From IMG/VR virus record IMGVR_UViG_3300046002_007411, positions 47,708 through 111,707 of that record: a DNA stretch of 64,000 nt; one strand, written 5' to 3'. Origin of the DNA: a virus. This document shows positions 9,402 through 18,769 of the stretch, piece by piece. A program made the translations under genes and the position numbers. Under the pieces are notes generated by a model. The model saw only the letters and a list, made by a program, of their open reading frames with translations. It did no database searches and was not told the DNA's origin. Within the stretch, counting starts at the first letter, position 1, and the number at the start of each line of letters is the position of its first letter.

Positions 9402-11108
9402 TCACACGTCTTGTCGGCGTTTGTAAAGAACAAAGTTCTCATGATGGAACAGGGAGTTTTCGGGATTGAAAAAACTTTGTTCATCTGTGTGGATGAAATC
9501 CCCATCTATTTTGGTAATAGTGTGAGGTTTTTGATCTTTTCTGTCCCCCCATCTGGATATCACTTGATCCCCAACTTGAAATATATTCTTTCTTTTTGGT
9601 GCAGGCGCGTCTTCAGGAACATATCCAAACAAACTGGGCCTGCGATTTACTTGCCCCTGGGGATTTGCCATGCTGGCTATTGCACCAGCACTGGTTCCAC
9701 CCGCACTTGCTGATTCTGAAACTGGTTTTCCAAATGCATTTAAGTTCCCGTTTTTGGCAACTTGAGTTTTTTGCCTGGTTATATTGTCAAGTGTTTTAGC
9801 ATACTTGCCGGTATTTGCATCCGAGCGTGCTTGTATTTCTTTTTCTCTGGCGTCCAACTGTTTCCATTTTTCTATAGCCCGTGCTTGACTATTACCATTG
9901 TCGGAAGCTTTTTTTAAAGCCTTTTCAGCAGCGGCACCTATTTGATGTCTAACTTCTTTTAGGTGTGTGGCATCCAGCAGTTGCACTAACTGACCATCAA
10001 CATATAGATTGTGCTTGATATTTCTACCAGGATTAAGACCTATCAAACGTTTGTGATATTCTAGAGCTTGGTCTTGTGTATCAAATGTTTTCACAGCGTC
10101 ATGCATTTTGCTTTCATTACCATCTTTTTTAACAGAAACAAGCTTAACTGGTTGCGATGCTGATTTTTTTCCAGCTCTCCACTTTGCCAAGTCACTTTGT
10201 GCATGCTTCCAGCCTTTTATAGCTTCGGGTATATTAGTTTCTTCTCTAAAACCCCGCACATTTGATTGTCTAACCCAGTCGTCGGGTGTCATCTGATGCT
10301 GTGAGACAAACTCTTTATGCAGTTGATGCGGGCTGATCGACAACTTTTGGCAAATACCACGCATGATTTTGTCTATGTTTTCATAGCTGTGATCTTGTGT
10401 TTTAGTCAATGCATGTTCAAGATCTTTAACGCCTTGACTGGCTTCTAGGTTTTCTTTCACAACTGGTAGGCGAGTCAGCAACTGCATGCGGTTGGCAGCA
10501 CTGACAGGTGGTTTTTCTCCAGTAACAGGAGCAGGCCATTTTTGTTCTTGCACATAACGTCGCAAGCAGTTGCGTAGGTCACGCAAGCCTTGCGTGCGAT
10601 GAATGTTTTCCCAAAGTTTCTGGCACACTGACCAGCGTGTGTCAGCATCAAGTTTCTGCCAGTTGGCAACATCACGACGTAGTTTTTTATCAGCAGTGCT
10701 GGTGATTTTATAACTGCTCTCCAACTGCAATAATCTTTGATTTTGCATGGACTGCGGATAGGTTACCTCACTACATGCATGCAGAAATTCGTGAGTAACA
10801 CGGATCTGTTGGTCAATTTCGCTTTTTGTAAAATAACTTTTTTCGTCTCTAGCATGCTCACGTAATACTTCAGTATGCATGACATGCAAAAACTCATACA
10901 AACCTGTGCTGTTGGCTATTTGCAGCGTGTTTTCTGCGTATTCTCTTATTACATGATGACTTTCTGGCTCTTGACGTAAAACATGCAAGGCAAGCAAGCC
11001 TTGGAAAATAGTATTAGAACACTCTGCAACATTAACTGGATTATTACCAGCCAAGCTTACTGTGGCATTTTGTGTTACGTATCGATTCAAATCTTGAAAT
11101 AGTTTCAT
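9402..11108 (-). CDS. Modular hypothetical protein, probable internal head protein
   Basis: 568 aa; modules separated by xxE sites; contains ESASAGGTSAGAIA, similar to the capsid N-arm. Confidence 0.7.
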   Translation of the reverse strand: MKLFQDLNRYVTQNATVSLAGNNPVNVAECSNTIFQGLLALHVLRQEPESHHVIREYAENTLQIANSTGLYEFLHVMHTEVLREHARDEKSYFTKSEIDQQIRVTHEFLHACSEVTYPQSMQNQRLLQLESSYKITSTADKKLRRDVANWQKLDADTRWSVCQKLWENIHRTQGLRDLRNCLRRYVQEQKWPAPVTGEKPPVSAANRMQLLTRLPVVKENLEASQGVKDLEHALTKTQDHSYENIDKIMRGICQKLSISPHQLHKEFVSQHQMTPDDWVRQSNVRGFREETNIPEAIKGWKHAQSDLAKWRAGKKSASQPVKLVSVKKDGNESKMHDAVKTFDTQDQALEYHKRLIGLNPGRNIKHNLYVDGQLVQLLDATHLKEVRHQIGAAAEKALKKASDNGNSQARAIEKWKQLDAREKEIQARSDANTGKYAKTLDNITRQKTQVAKNGNLNAFGKPVSESASAGGTSAGAIASMANPQGQVNRRPSLFGYVPEDAPAPKRKNIFQVGDQVISRWGDRKDQKPHTITKIDGDFIHTDEQSFFNPENSLFHHENFVLYKRRQDV

Positions 11109-12208
11109 TTTGAACTCTTGGCTAAAGTTTCTTGGGCTGATCGAACAGCTTGAGCAGCACTGCGATAAATGCCTGCTTGTGTTATATGATGAACACGATC
11201 AGCAGGTTTTAACTTATTGATTTTGCTGAACTTTTCATGGTAATCTGCAAGCTTTTCATATTGTAGGGCTTTATCGCCTTGCTGCTCAGCTTGCTGTGCA
11301 GCTACTAAATCTTCAGTGTGGGCGCCAGCTGGTCCTTGGGGAGAAACCCCTTCTTTTACCTGTTTAGCAGCATAATAGTCATTAAACCAGTCAGCGTCTT
11401 TACTGCCAGCTGGGGGTTTGACCCAAACCTTATCAACTGGATTCCAATACACCCATCCTGAAGGTGCTTGTGGAGTAACAGGAACTTTCCAAACTTTTGT
11501 TGGTTGACCTTTAATATCCACTACTAAATCGGGCTTCTGAGGATCAAAAGGTTTTTGGTCTTGTTGTGCAGCAGGTGCTGCTGCTGGAACAGCTGGCGAT
11601 GTAGATGTTGCAGACGTAGTATTGGAAGATGCAGATGCAGGACTAGCTGCAGGGCTGCCAGCTGCGGCAGCAGGAGCATTAGCTGTGGTGCTTGCAGCAG
11701 GTTCTTTTTGTGAACCGTCGCCTAGCCCTTGCTTGGCTTGTGCTTGCACTATACCTTGTTTCAAAAGCCCTTTTACAATCGCTTGGCTTGTAAGTGCATC
11801 GTCATTTATATTGACGTTGTTTTTGATATTAGGTATGTTAAACTGCTTTTGAACTTTGGCAAAAACTTTATCAACATCTGCATCATCCAAGCCAATACGA
11901 TTACTTGGTGCTTTGAAAAAATGACGCATGTTACCAAAACTTAATTCAGTCCAGTCTATGTTTTGACGCCCCATTAGTAATCCCAACCATTTGAAGTTTT
12001 GATTAACATAATGTTCAAGTTCGCGTCGTCCAGCACGTTGTCCAGCCCGTTTTTCTCGGCCAGCCCAACCAGTTTTCTTTTTTGACCAATAAGTTTGGGC
12101 TTTTTTTACCAAATCACCCAGGGCTTCATTTGTGTCTTGATGTTGTATTTCATCAATAAAATTTATATTTTTGCGAATGTCTTCATAAACAGCAAGTGAT
12201 TGGGTCAT
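11105..12208 (-). CDS. Hypothetical protein with Ala/Pro/Ser linker, probable virion protein
   Basis: Likely start ATG 12208 (MTQSLAVYEDIRKNINFIDE). Confidence 0.7.
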   Translation of the reverse strand: MTQSLAVYEDIRKNINFIDEIQHQDTNEALGDLVKKAQTYWSKKKTGWAGREKRAGQRAGRRELEHYVNQNFKWLGLLMGRQNIDWTELSFGNMRHFFKAPSNRIGLDDADVDKVFAKVQKQFNIPNIKNNVNINDDALTSQAIVKGLLKQGIVQAQAKQGLGDGSQKEPAASTTANAPAAAAGSPAASPASASSNTTSATSTSPAVPAAAPAAQQDQKPFDPQKPDLVVDIKGQPTKVWKVPVTPQAPSGWVYWNPVDKVWVKPPAGSKDADWFNDYYAAKQVKEGVSPQGPAGAHTEDLVAAQQAEQQGDKALQYEKLADYHEKFSKINKLKPADRVHHITQAGIYRSAAQAVRSAQETLAKSSK

Positions 12209-12212
12209 GGAT

Positions 12213-12461
12213 TTACTTCTCTTGATTCTTATATTCGCTAATTTTGCGGGTGAACTTTTTGTCATCATTTGTCAACAACGCACGCTGAAGACGGCGAATC
12301 AAGTCATCTGCTTGATCTTGACTGTAAGTTATACGGATTTGTTCACAAAGATTTGCCATGTTGGCAACTAGATGAATAACACGGTTTTCTATAACACTGT
12401 GTTTGTTGCGGCTGCCAATGTGCCGGTCAAGTTCTTCAAGAATGCTAGATTTAGACTTCAA
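12213..12461 (-). CDS. Small hypothetical protein
   Basis: 82-aa ORF; TTG start with GGGA RBS; TAAATA upstream. Confidence 0.7.
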   Translation of the reverse strand: MKSKSSILEELDRHIGSRNKHSVIENRVIHLVANMANLCEQIRITYSQDQADDLIRRLQRALLTNDDKKFTRKISEYKNQEK

Positions 12462-12518
12462 AATAGTTTCCCATAAGCAAAAACATTTGCTTTATTTATG
12501 GGAAACTGATGTAAAAAA

Positions 12519-13916
12519 TTAACGTCGTATCAAGCTTGTTAGCTTGCTGAGATCCTGCATTTTGCTTGCAGCAACTGGTGGTTGAGTATCTGATTTGGGC
12601 GGAGGTTGTGTGCTTTTTCTACGAAGATCAGCCAGCACATCTGTAACCACTCCTGCCTGTGCCTGTTGCACTTGACCTTGATCTTCAAGATCAAATATTT
12701 TCAGTGTTGCTGGATCATAGCCCAAAAACAACTTGCTGCCCACGCCACTGCTGCTACGTGTTTTAATAAACTGGATTTGGTATTGTCCACGTTCTTTCAT
12801 AGCTTGTGTGGCATAGATTGTGATAACATTGTCTGCTGTGTGGATTTTGCTGATACCACCAGCAATCATGCTTTGATCATGTTCCTGCTCGTTGATTGAA
12901 CCGCGATTTAGCTGACTGGCTGTCATGCAAAGTATTTTACGCTCCACAGCCAAGCCGCGAAGCTCTTCGGCAACAAACTTGTCCTTGATAAACAAGTCAC
13001 TGGGATTGATCTTTTTGTTGTTGGGATACAACAAATCCAAATAGTCCACAATCAAGGCGTCTGCTCGCTGCCCGGTTTTAATCTCATATGCCTTGAGATA
13101 GGCTTTGATGTCGTTGGTTGTGCTGCCTTGTGGCATTTGCTTGATGTGAAAAGTTCCTGATGAACGACTGGTTTGCTTGACTTTGATTTCCACGTCATCA
13201 AGTTTACGGAAAATATCAGTAGTTGCTACGCCAGTCAACATGCTGTCCACTCGCATGCTGGTTAGTTCTTCACTGAGCTCGAGACTGATATAAATCACGT
13301 TGAGTTTTTGTTTAACAAAACTCAAACTGAGATTTTGCAAAAACAAACTTTTGCCCACACCGCTGGGTGCAGCCCAAATAGTGATTTCACCACGATTTAC
13401 ACCACCATATAGTTTCTGATCAACAGTTTTCCAGCCTGTGCTTACTTGTCCGTTGTTGCTTTTGATACGATTAAGACGTTCGCGTGGATCGGCAAAGTAA
13501 TCTGTGCCTACATCACTTACCAAACTAATGAGAATGGCATCGCGAACTCGTTTCTCTACTTCACCATAGTTGCCCTTTTCAATAAGATCCACTGCCGATA
13601 ACACAGCTTCAGCCAATGCACGATTTTTACAAAACTCTTCAATTTCCTGCAAAAAGGCTTCAATATGATGTGTGTTGATATCAGGAATCAACTCAAAGTT
13701 ACTTTGAGTCTCAACATTGAGTTGTTGTATTTTTGGTAATGCTTTATGATCATCAACATAGTCCAAAATATACTTGATGGCTTTGCGAAACTTTTGATTC
13801 CAATACTGTGGTTTGAGAATATTCTGACAGCGAATAAAAACTTCCTCACTGCTCATTAATATATCAATCAACAGCTTTTGCTTGGCCTCGCTGTATTCGT
13901 GTTTTTTAGAATCCAT
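12519..13916 (-). CDS. gp41: Replicative DNA helicase (T4 gp41/DnaB-like)
   Basis: STGWKTVD..LYGG; Walker A APSGVGKS; ISLELSEE; LIVDYLDL; TASQLNR; KTRSS. Confidence 0.95.
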   Translation of the reverse strand: MDSKKHEYSEAKQKLLIDILMSSEEVFIRCQNILKPQYWNQKFRKAIKYILDYVDDHKALPKIQQLNVETQSNFELIPDINTHHIEAFLQEIEEFCKNRALAEAVLSAVDLIEKGNYGEVEKRVRDAILISLVSDVGTDYFADPRERLNRIKSNNGQVSTGWKTVDQKLYGGVNRGEITIWAAPSGVGKSLFLQNLSLSFVKQKLNVIYISLELSEELTSMRVDSMLTGVATTDIFRKLDDVEIKVKQTSRSSGTFHIKQMPQGSTTNDIKAYLKAYEIKTGQRADALIVDYLDLLYPNNKKINPSDLFIKDKFVAEELRGLAVERKILCMTASQLNRGSINEQEHDQSMIAGGISKIHTADNVITIYATQAMKERGQYQIQFIKTRSSSGVGSKLFLGYDPATLKIFDLEDQGQVQQAQAGVVTDVLADLRRKSTQPPPKSDTQPPVAASKMQDLSKLTSLIRR

Positions 13917-14943
13917 TGTTTTTACCCATGGCCTGTCGTAATACGCCTATTTTCAAATCACTTGTAGTGCGAGACTGAATTATGCTTCTTATTGTAAACA
14001 ACTCACCATAACGCTGAGCTGCATCTGCTGCATCTTTGCATGATTTTTCCCATTGTGGGAAACTCACAGCCCAATCCAACTGTAATGCTTGATCAATTAA
14101 GTCTTGATTCTGTTGTTCTTGATCAGGCATTATGATTATTTGTTTGCCAGATTTTTGCAGCTGAGATATTTGCCCTTGACTTAACACATGGCTCATGACA
14201 GCTACACAATCAATACTTATGGCAGTCAAAAGTCCCTCAACTACAATCACAAAGTGTCTGCTATTATACAGCACATGACTGTTGAACAAATAGTCTGTGG
14301 GCAACTTGCTGTTGACATATCTAGGCTGCCCAGCAGGTGGGGTTCCTGCCCATCGCGCACTGTAACCCACTGTGGCTTGTTTGTGATCTTTCATGGGAAC
14401 GAGAACTCTGTGTTTCATTTTCCATCGTCCCCCGTGAGGTGACCAAAAGTATTCACTGTTTCTCATGATACTAGAGCCACGCTGATTGATATAGTGCCAA
14501 GCTTGTAGAAAATCAGGATCTTGATTGTTTTCCTCGACAAGTTTACTCATTAACTGGCTGTTCAAGGGCCAAGCATCAGGTTCAAACTTCACGTCTAACG
14601 TAATGGCCGGAAGAGAATCTGTGCTGGAGCTGCCTTCAAGGCTTTTTTGCAGCTCGTGCATTTTTAAACTGTCAATAATTTCTTGTGGAACAGACATCCA
14701 CGACAGCAGCATGCGAAAACTGTCAGTTAGGCCATCACCTGTATATCTACAACGATATCCACAGTTATAACAACTGTAGGAAACGTGTGATTGTCCATCA
14801 ATCAACCAGTTGCCACGACCACGAGTGTCAGGCCTGTGTCCGCGATGGCTGCAACATACTGCATTTGCACTTTTCCAGCCTTTACTAGCGGTTCTAGCTC
14901 GCGCAGGAATCCATTGACCAACTACATCTGCTACAGATACCAT
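13906..14943 (-). CDS. gp61: DNA primase (gp61-like, Zn finger + TOPRIM)
   Basis: N-terminal Cys cluster (CC...CYNCG); GYSAR; VIVVEG..AI; MPDQ; KDAADA; overlaps the helicase gene. Confidence 0.85.
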   Translation of the reverse strand: MVSVADVVGQWIPARARTASKGWKSANAVCCSHRGHRPDTRGRGNWLIDGQSHVSYSCYNCGYRCRYTGDGLTDSFRMLLSWMSVPQEIIDSLKMHELQKSLEGSSSTDSLPAITLDVKFEPDAWPLNSQLMSKLVEENNQDPDFLQAWHYINQRGSSIMRNSEYFWSPHGGRWKMKHRVLVPMKDHKQATVGYSARWAGTPPAGQPRYVNSKLPTDYLFNSHVLYNSRHFVIVVEGLLTAISIDCVAVMSHVLSQGQISQLQKSGKQIIIMPDQEQQNQDLIDQALQLDWAVSFPQWEKSCKDAADAAQRYGELFTIRSIIQSRTTSDLKIGVLRQAMGKNNGF

Positions 14944-14951
14944 TACATGGT

Positions 14952-15764
14952 TTAGCTTTTGTAGAGTATTTTGTCAAACGTTCCTGTGTTGCCAAGAGCA
15001 CTTTGATAAACAAAACGCACCCAGTAGAGATTTTGTGTGGTGCTGCCCTGCCATATTGTGGGCTGATCGTCGCCAGTCCATTGTTTGTAGTTGGTGTCAG
15101 CTGTTAGAGGAATGAAAAACCATTCGTTATCTGTGGGCACATTTTCTGTCAAACTGCCTTGCATCCAAAGCTTGCCCAACCAGTTGGTTGTGTAAACCAC
15201 CCATGTATGAGTCCCCGAAGTCTCACCTGTTTGTGCATTGCCAGGTAAACTGGAACTCACGTATAAAATATCAGTCCACCAGTTGAGCGGTGTGGGTGTG
15301 AAGTTAGTGATTACTGTGGCTGGAACAAGTTCACGTTGAGTGCCAGCTAAAATTTCCACTGCCACATCAATGTCTTGATATTGATCACTGTAAAGAAAAC
15401 GTTGCACATTGCTGTCATCAGTGCTGGTAAGCTGAATATTGTAAAATCCCAAAGGCAAAAACTGAATATCAGTTTCTTGTATGTCAACTACAGCTTGGCC
15501 TTGAGCAGCATTGGTAGTTGTGACACTTTTAACCAAAACTGTCTGTTGTGTTTCCACATTAATCATTTGAGCAGTTAGAGTGAGACCGGTAATGTCCACA
15601 GGTCTCCGATCAACATTACGCACCAGCATTTGCAGGGTGTTAGTAACGCCTTTGTATATTTTTTGCTTATATTGAATCATGGGCCATGTCTGCAGGAAAG
15701 TTCCAGGTGCATCATACATCCAATATAGCTGTTGTTGATAAGAATAAAGGGTAATAGTGGACAT
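14952..15764 (-). CDS. Virion structural protein (BppU-like/Ig-like beta protein)
   Basis: KIYKGVTNTLQMLVRNVDRRPVDITG; beta-rich; TAAATA upstream. Confidence 0.6.
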   Translation of the reverse strand: MSTITLYSYQQQLYWMYDAPGTFLQTWPMIQYKQKIYKGVTNTLQMLVRNVDRRPVDITGLTLTAQMINVETQQTVLVKSVTTTNAAQGQAVVDIQETDIQFLPLGFYNIQLTSTDDSNVQRFLYSDQYQDIDVAVEILAGTQRELVPATVITNFTPTPLNWWTDILYVSSSLPGNAQTGETSGTHTWVVYTTNWLGKLWMQGSLTENVPTDNEWFFIPLTADTNYKQWTGDDQPTIWQGSTTQNLYWVRFVYQSALGNTGTFDKILYKS

Positions 15765-15827
15765 ATCATGAATAAAATAGTGATTAATCTAATAAGTATT
15801 TAGCTGAACTGTTACAAGGAAACTGCT

Positions 15828-16202
15828 ATGACACCACAGGAACTAACCGACTTGCAACAAAGATATCCCTTTCTCAGTGTAGTGCAATATCTCAACAACG
15901 AGTATCTAGGAATCATTCAACAAGCTGATCAACAGTTTATCAACATTTATGCTTGGGATGACAACTGGACTGATGTTCGCAAGAAAAGGTTTCTAGTTTG
16001 TGGTGAAACTTGGTGGTGGGAAAGCAACAGAAATATCCCCATAAATTTGTTTATGGGGCAAGACTTTCAAGAGTTTAGAACCGTATTAAAAACTTTTGCA
16101 AGCAAAGAAAGTCGTGTAGTTCAAGGTCCCACAGTAAATCTACGTGAAATGTTAAACAAACGAGTAAAACGACGCACCATTACTTTGGTGCGCGAAGTTT
16201 AA
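15828..16202 (+). CDS. Hypothetical phage protein
   Basis: 124 aa; AAGGA RBS; GETWWWESNRNIPINLF. Confidence 0.8.
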   Translation: MTPQELTDLQQRYPFLSVVQYLNNEYLGIIQQADQQFINIYAWDDNWTDVRKKRFLVCGETWWWESNRNIPINLFMGQDFQEFRTVLKTFASKESRVVQGPTVNLREMLNKRVKRRTITLVREV

Positions 16203-16648
16203 TCGCCTAGAGTACTAACTTTCACTCTCACTTTTACAGTTTTACCATCAGCACTGACTTTTGGTTCAAACTTAACACGCTGTTCTCTTAGATATTGAGT
16301 TTCTTCTTGTCGACTCCACTTTTGCCAGTGCTGCATGGTTTTCCATGCAAGCGTGCGGGCCACCAGTTCATTGTTTACAGCCAAAATAGCATAAAAATCA
16401 TCACTGTTTTCCACGGCACGCAAGCGCACACTGAACTGGTCGCTTGCATGCTCGAGACTTACGAGAATATCTCGCAGTTCACGTGGCTGGCAACGTGGAT
16501 TGCGCCACATCCAAACATCACCATGCAAGCGTTGACGAAACTTACCTGCAAGTTCTGCGTCTTCAATATATCCCAAATCCCAAGTGTTGTCTTCATGCAC
16601 CACATGGGCATGACATCCAAACATTGAACTGGCTAGCTGTAGCTGCAT
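16199..16648 (-). CDS. Hypothetical protein
   Basis: 149 aa; GAGAGG RBS. Confidence 0.75.
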   Translation of the reverse strand: MQLQLASSMFGCHAHVVHEDNTWDLGYIEDAELAGKFRQRLHGDVWMWRNPRCQPRELRDILVSLEHASDQFSVRLRAVENSDDFYAILAVNNELVARTLAWKTMQHWQKWSRQEETQYLREQRVKFEPKVSADGKTVKVRVKVSTLGD

Positions 16649-16672
16649 GATTATACCTCTCTATGTGTTATA

Positions 16673-17263
16673 TTATAATGATTGTGAAACTTCGTCAACG
16701 ATTATTTCTGCATGAACCTTCACCAACATGGCATAACCAAAACTATGAGATTTCCTAAAATGGTAACCTTGGTCACTGCGCTGCCAAATGTCGGGATCAG
16801 CACTAGACAGCCCATGTTCCAAACAACGATTGATAAGCCATTGTTTACCGGGTCTAATCAACGCCAAAATGATAGCAATGTCTTCTAGACTTTTAGGGGC
16901 CAATCGTGCTGTTAAATCAGCATGATTGTGAAGATGGATCAGTTGTGCAACAAACTCAGGATAAGTCATTAACTGCCAGTTGAAATCACGATCACATAGT
17001 TCTTGCAAATGCGCAGGACTGCGGACCTTCTCGTAGACGTTTACATTGAGTATGTCAATTTTGAACAATCCCTGTTGCTGAGCTTGCTTGTAGGGCAAGC
17101 TGCAATAACCAGTAACAGGATCTTGAGGTACATTGTGGAAATACACCCCGGTGTTGTGTTTTTCCAAGCGATCATTTCTAAGCAAGCTAGCAGGAATATG
17201 TTTGATGTCTGCTAGGGCTTGCTCTCTGGCGGCCACGTCAATGTCGATATCAAAATCTATCAT
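16673..17263 (-). CDS. Miniature family-C DNA polymerase (DnaE/Pol III alpha catalytic-core-like)
   Basis: DFDIDID, KHNTGVYF, GLFKIDILNV, LALIRPG and GYHFRKSHSFGYA match the DnaE motifs in order. Confidence 0.85.
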   Translation of the reverse strand: MIDFDIDIDVAAREQALADIKHIPASLLRNDRLEKHNTGVYFHNVPQDPVTGYCSLPYKQAQQQGLFKIDILNVNVYEKVRSPAHLQELCDRDFNWQLMTYPEFVAQLIHLHNHADLTARLAPKSLEDIAIILALIRPGKQWLINRCLEHGLSSADPDIWQRSDQGYHFRKSHSFGYAMLVKVHAEIIVDEVSQSL

Positions 17264-17607
17264 GTTCTCTGACGTAACCGGGTGTTTAACTGACTGAGTC
17301 GGGACATGATTTCTCTGTGTTCCTGTTGCATCTTGGTCATTTGGGTTTTTAAATCTTGATTTTCTCGCACCAACTGTTGAATCACCTGTTCACCGGGAAC
17401 ACGTTGCCGGTTACCTTGTTGGTCTGATACTACTACCCAGGCCCCCTCAATCTGCCAATCAGAAGTCTTTTTTGTCAAGGGCAGACTGTTGCTGTCATCG
17501 CTATCGTTGCTATATTGTCCGCCAAACTGTATTTGCTCAACTACCCGGGGTTCAGCTTTAATGGGAATATTCCAGATTTCTTGGGGCTCTACTAAAAACT
17601 TTTTCAT
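17260..17607 (-). CDS. Hypothetical protein with C-terminal coiled coil
   Basis: 115 aa; coupled to both neighbours. Confidence 0.7.
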   Translation of the reverse strand: MKKFLVEPQEIWNIPIKAEPRVVEQIQFGGQYSNDSDDSNSLPLTKKTSDWQIEGAWVVVSDQQGNRQRVPGEQVIQQLVRENQDLKTQMTKMQQEHREIMSRLSQLNTRLRQRT

Positions 17608-18284
17608 TACATTCCTGCTTGTGCTAACATCTCACGGGCAAAATCTGCATCTTGTGGATGGCTTTTGAACTTGAGTTTCCACACATGAGCAGGAGCCCAG
17701 TTTTGTATCATGGACACTTGTTCATGGCTACAGCGTTGCAAAAACTCTGCACTGCTGTCGGCATTGTATATCAACCAAGGACTGATTCTGCCATGACAAA
17801 TGATTTGTGTGCCCATATTGGTATTTACCATACGAAAAAATTCGCACCAAGCTGTGTCATTTTGTTGCGCCCATTTGGCAAGATATTCCACGCTGCGAGC
17901 AAGAGCTTGATCACAATTTTCCGTTGCAATCAAGTCATGTACATACAACACCAGCAAGCTTTCTTGACACCATTTATCCACAGGTATATTGCTGCGAATA
18001 ACAAAATCAATAAATGCCCGGGGAGCTACAACATCGTTTTCAATAACATAAGTGGAAAACTTGTTGAAAGCTCCATAAAATGCACTGGAAATAAAATCTT
18101 CCTGTGTGACTTTTTTCATGTTACGCATGCCACTAAGCTCATGAAATCTCTGCCAACTGTAAAACGCCAAGCGACCTTGAGCTGTGTCTCGGTTAAACCA
18201 ACGTCTTTTCTTTTCACAACTGTGATTATACCAAGTTTTTTCTTTTGCAAAAAATCTTTTGCAAAACTCGCATACAAAAGTCAT
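17607..18284 (-). CDS. Hypothetical protein with N-terminal C2H2-like zinc finger
   Basis: FVCEFCKRFFAKEKTWYNHSC. Confidence 0.75.
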   Translation of the reverse strand: MTFVCEFCKRFFAKEKTWYNHSCEKKRRWFNRDTAQGRLAFYSWQRFHELSGMRNMKKVTQEDFISSAFYGAFNKFSTYVIENDVVAPRAFIDFVIRSNIPVDKWCQESLLVLYVHDLIATENCDQALARSVEYLAKWAQQNDTAWCEFFRMVNTNMGTQIICHGRISPWLIYNADSSAEFLQRCSHEQVSMIQNWAPAHVWKLKFKSHPQDADFAREMLAQAGM

Positions 18285-18769
18285 TTTGCACTGTGGAGTT
18301 TGACTAGCTCTTGAACTTTATTTTCTGCATAACCACTAGCAACTGCTAAGTCAATCACCTGCTGCTGCGTGATAGTTGCCAGCATGATTGACAGTTCTTG
18401 ACTGTTGAGTTGAGGATAATAGTTTTGTATAAGTTCCACAATGGGATTGTCGCGTCGTTTTTTTGCTCGTGCAACTGGTATCCAGGGATGAAACTGTTTG
18501 CTGCCAGCACCTGCACAACATAGCAATAGATGCTGTAGTTCAGCATGATCCCTCAAGTCACTGAATCCAATATTGACCAGATCATTTACTGCCAAAATAG
18601 CATAAGATTGTAAAGCACTGTTGTTGGCCAAACTACTGAGATAACGCATGATCACAAAAGGACTATAAGCTCGGCGTTCTTGTTCAGTTAGTTGGCTGTA
18701 ATAGTCAAGCTTTTGTGTATCAATAGCACTTAATACCTGTTTGATATCCAATGCATATTCTTTAGCCAT
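18281..18769 (-). CDS. Clamp-loader small subunit (gp62-like)
   Basis: YSPFVIMRYLS...QFHPWI...ELIQNYY resembles gp62; start ATG 18769 with GGAG RBS. Confidence 0.6.
   Translation of the reverse strand: MAKEYALDIKQVLSAIDTQKLDYYSQLTEQERRAYSPFVIMRYLSSLANNSALQSYAILAVNDLVNIGFSDLRDHAELQHLLLCCAGAGSKQFHPWIPVARAKKRRDNPIVELIQNYYPQLNSQELSIMLATITQQQVIDLAVASGYAENKVQELVKLHSAK

Noticed and set aside
17652-18314. 220-aa plus-strand ORF, and the many other 60-165-aa opposite-strand or nested ORFs in the track
   Set aside because: They shadow well-supported genes and have no RBS or motifs; expected antisense artefacts.
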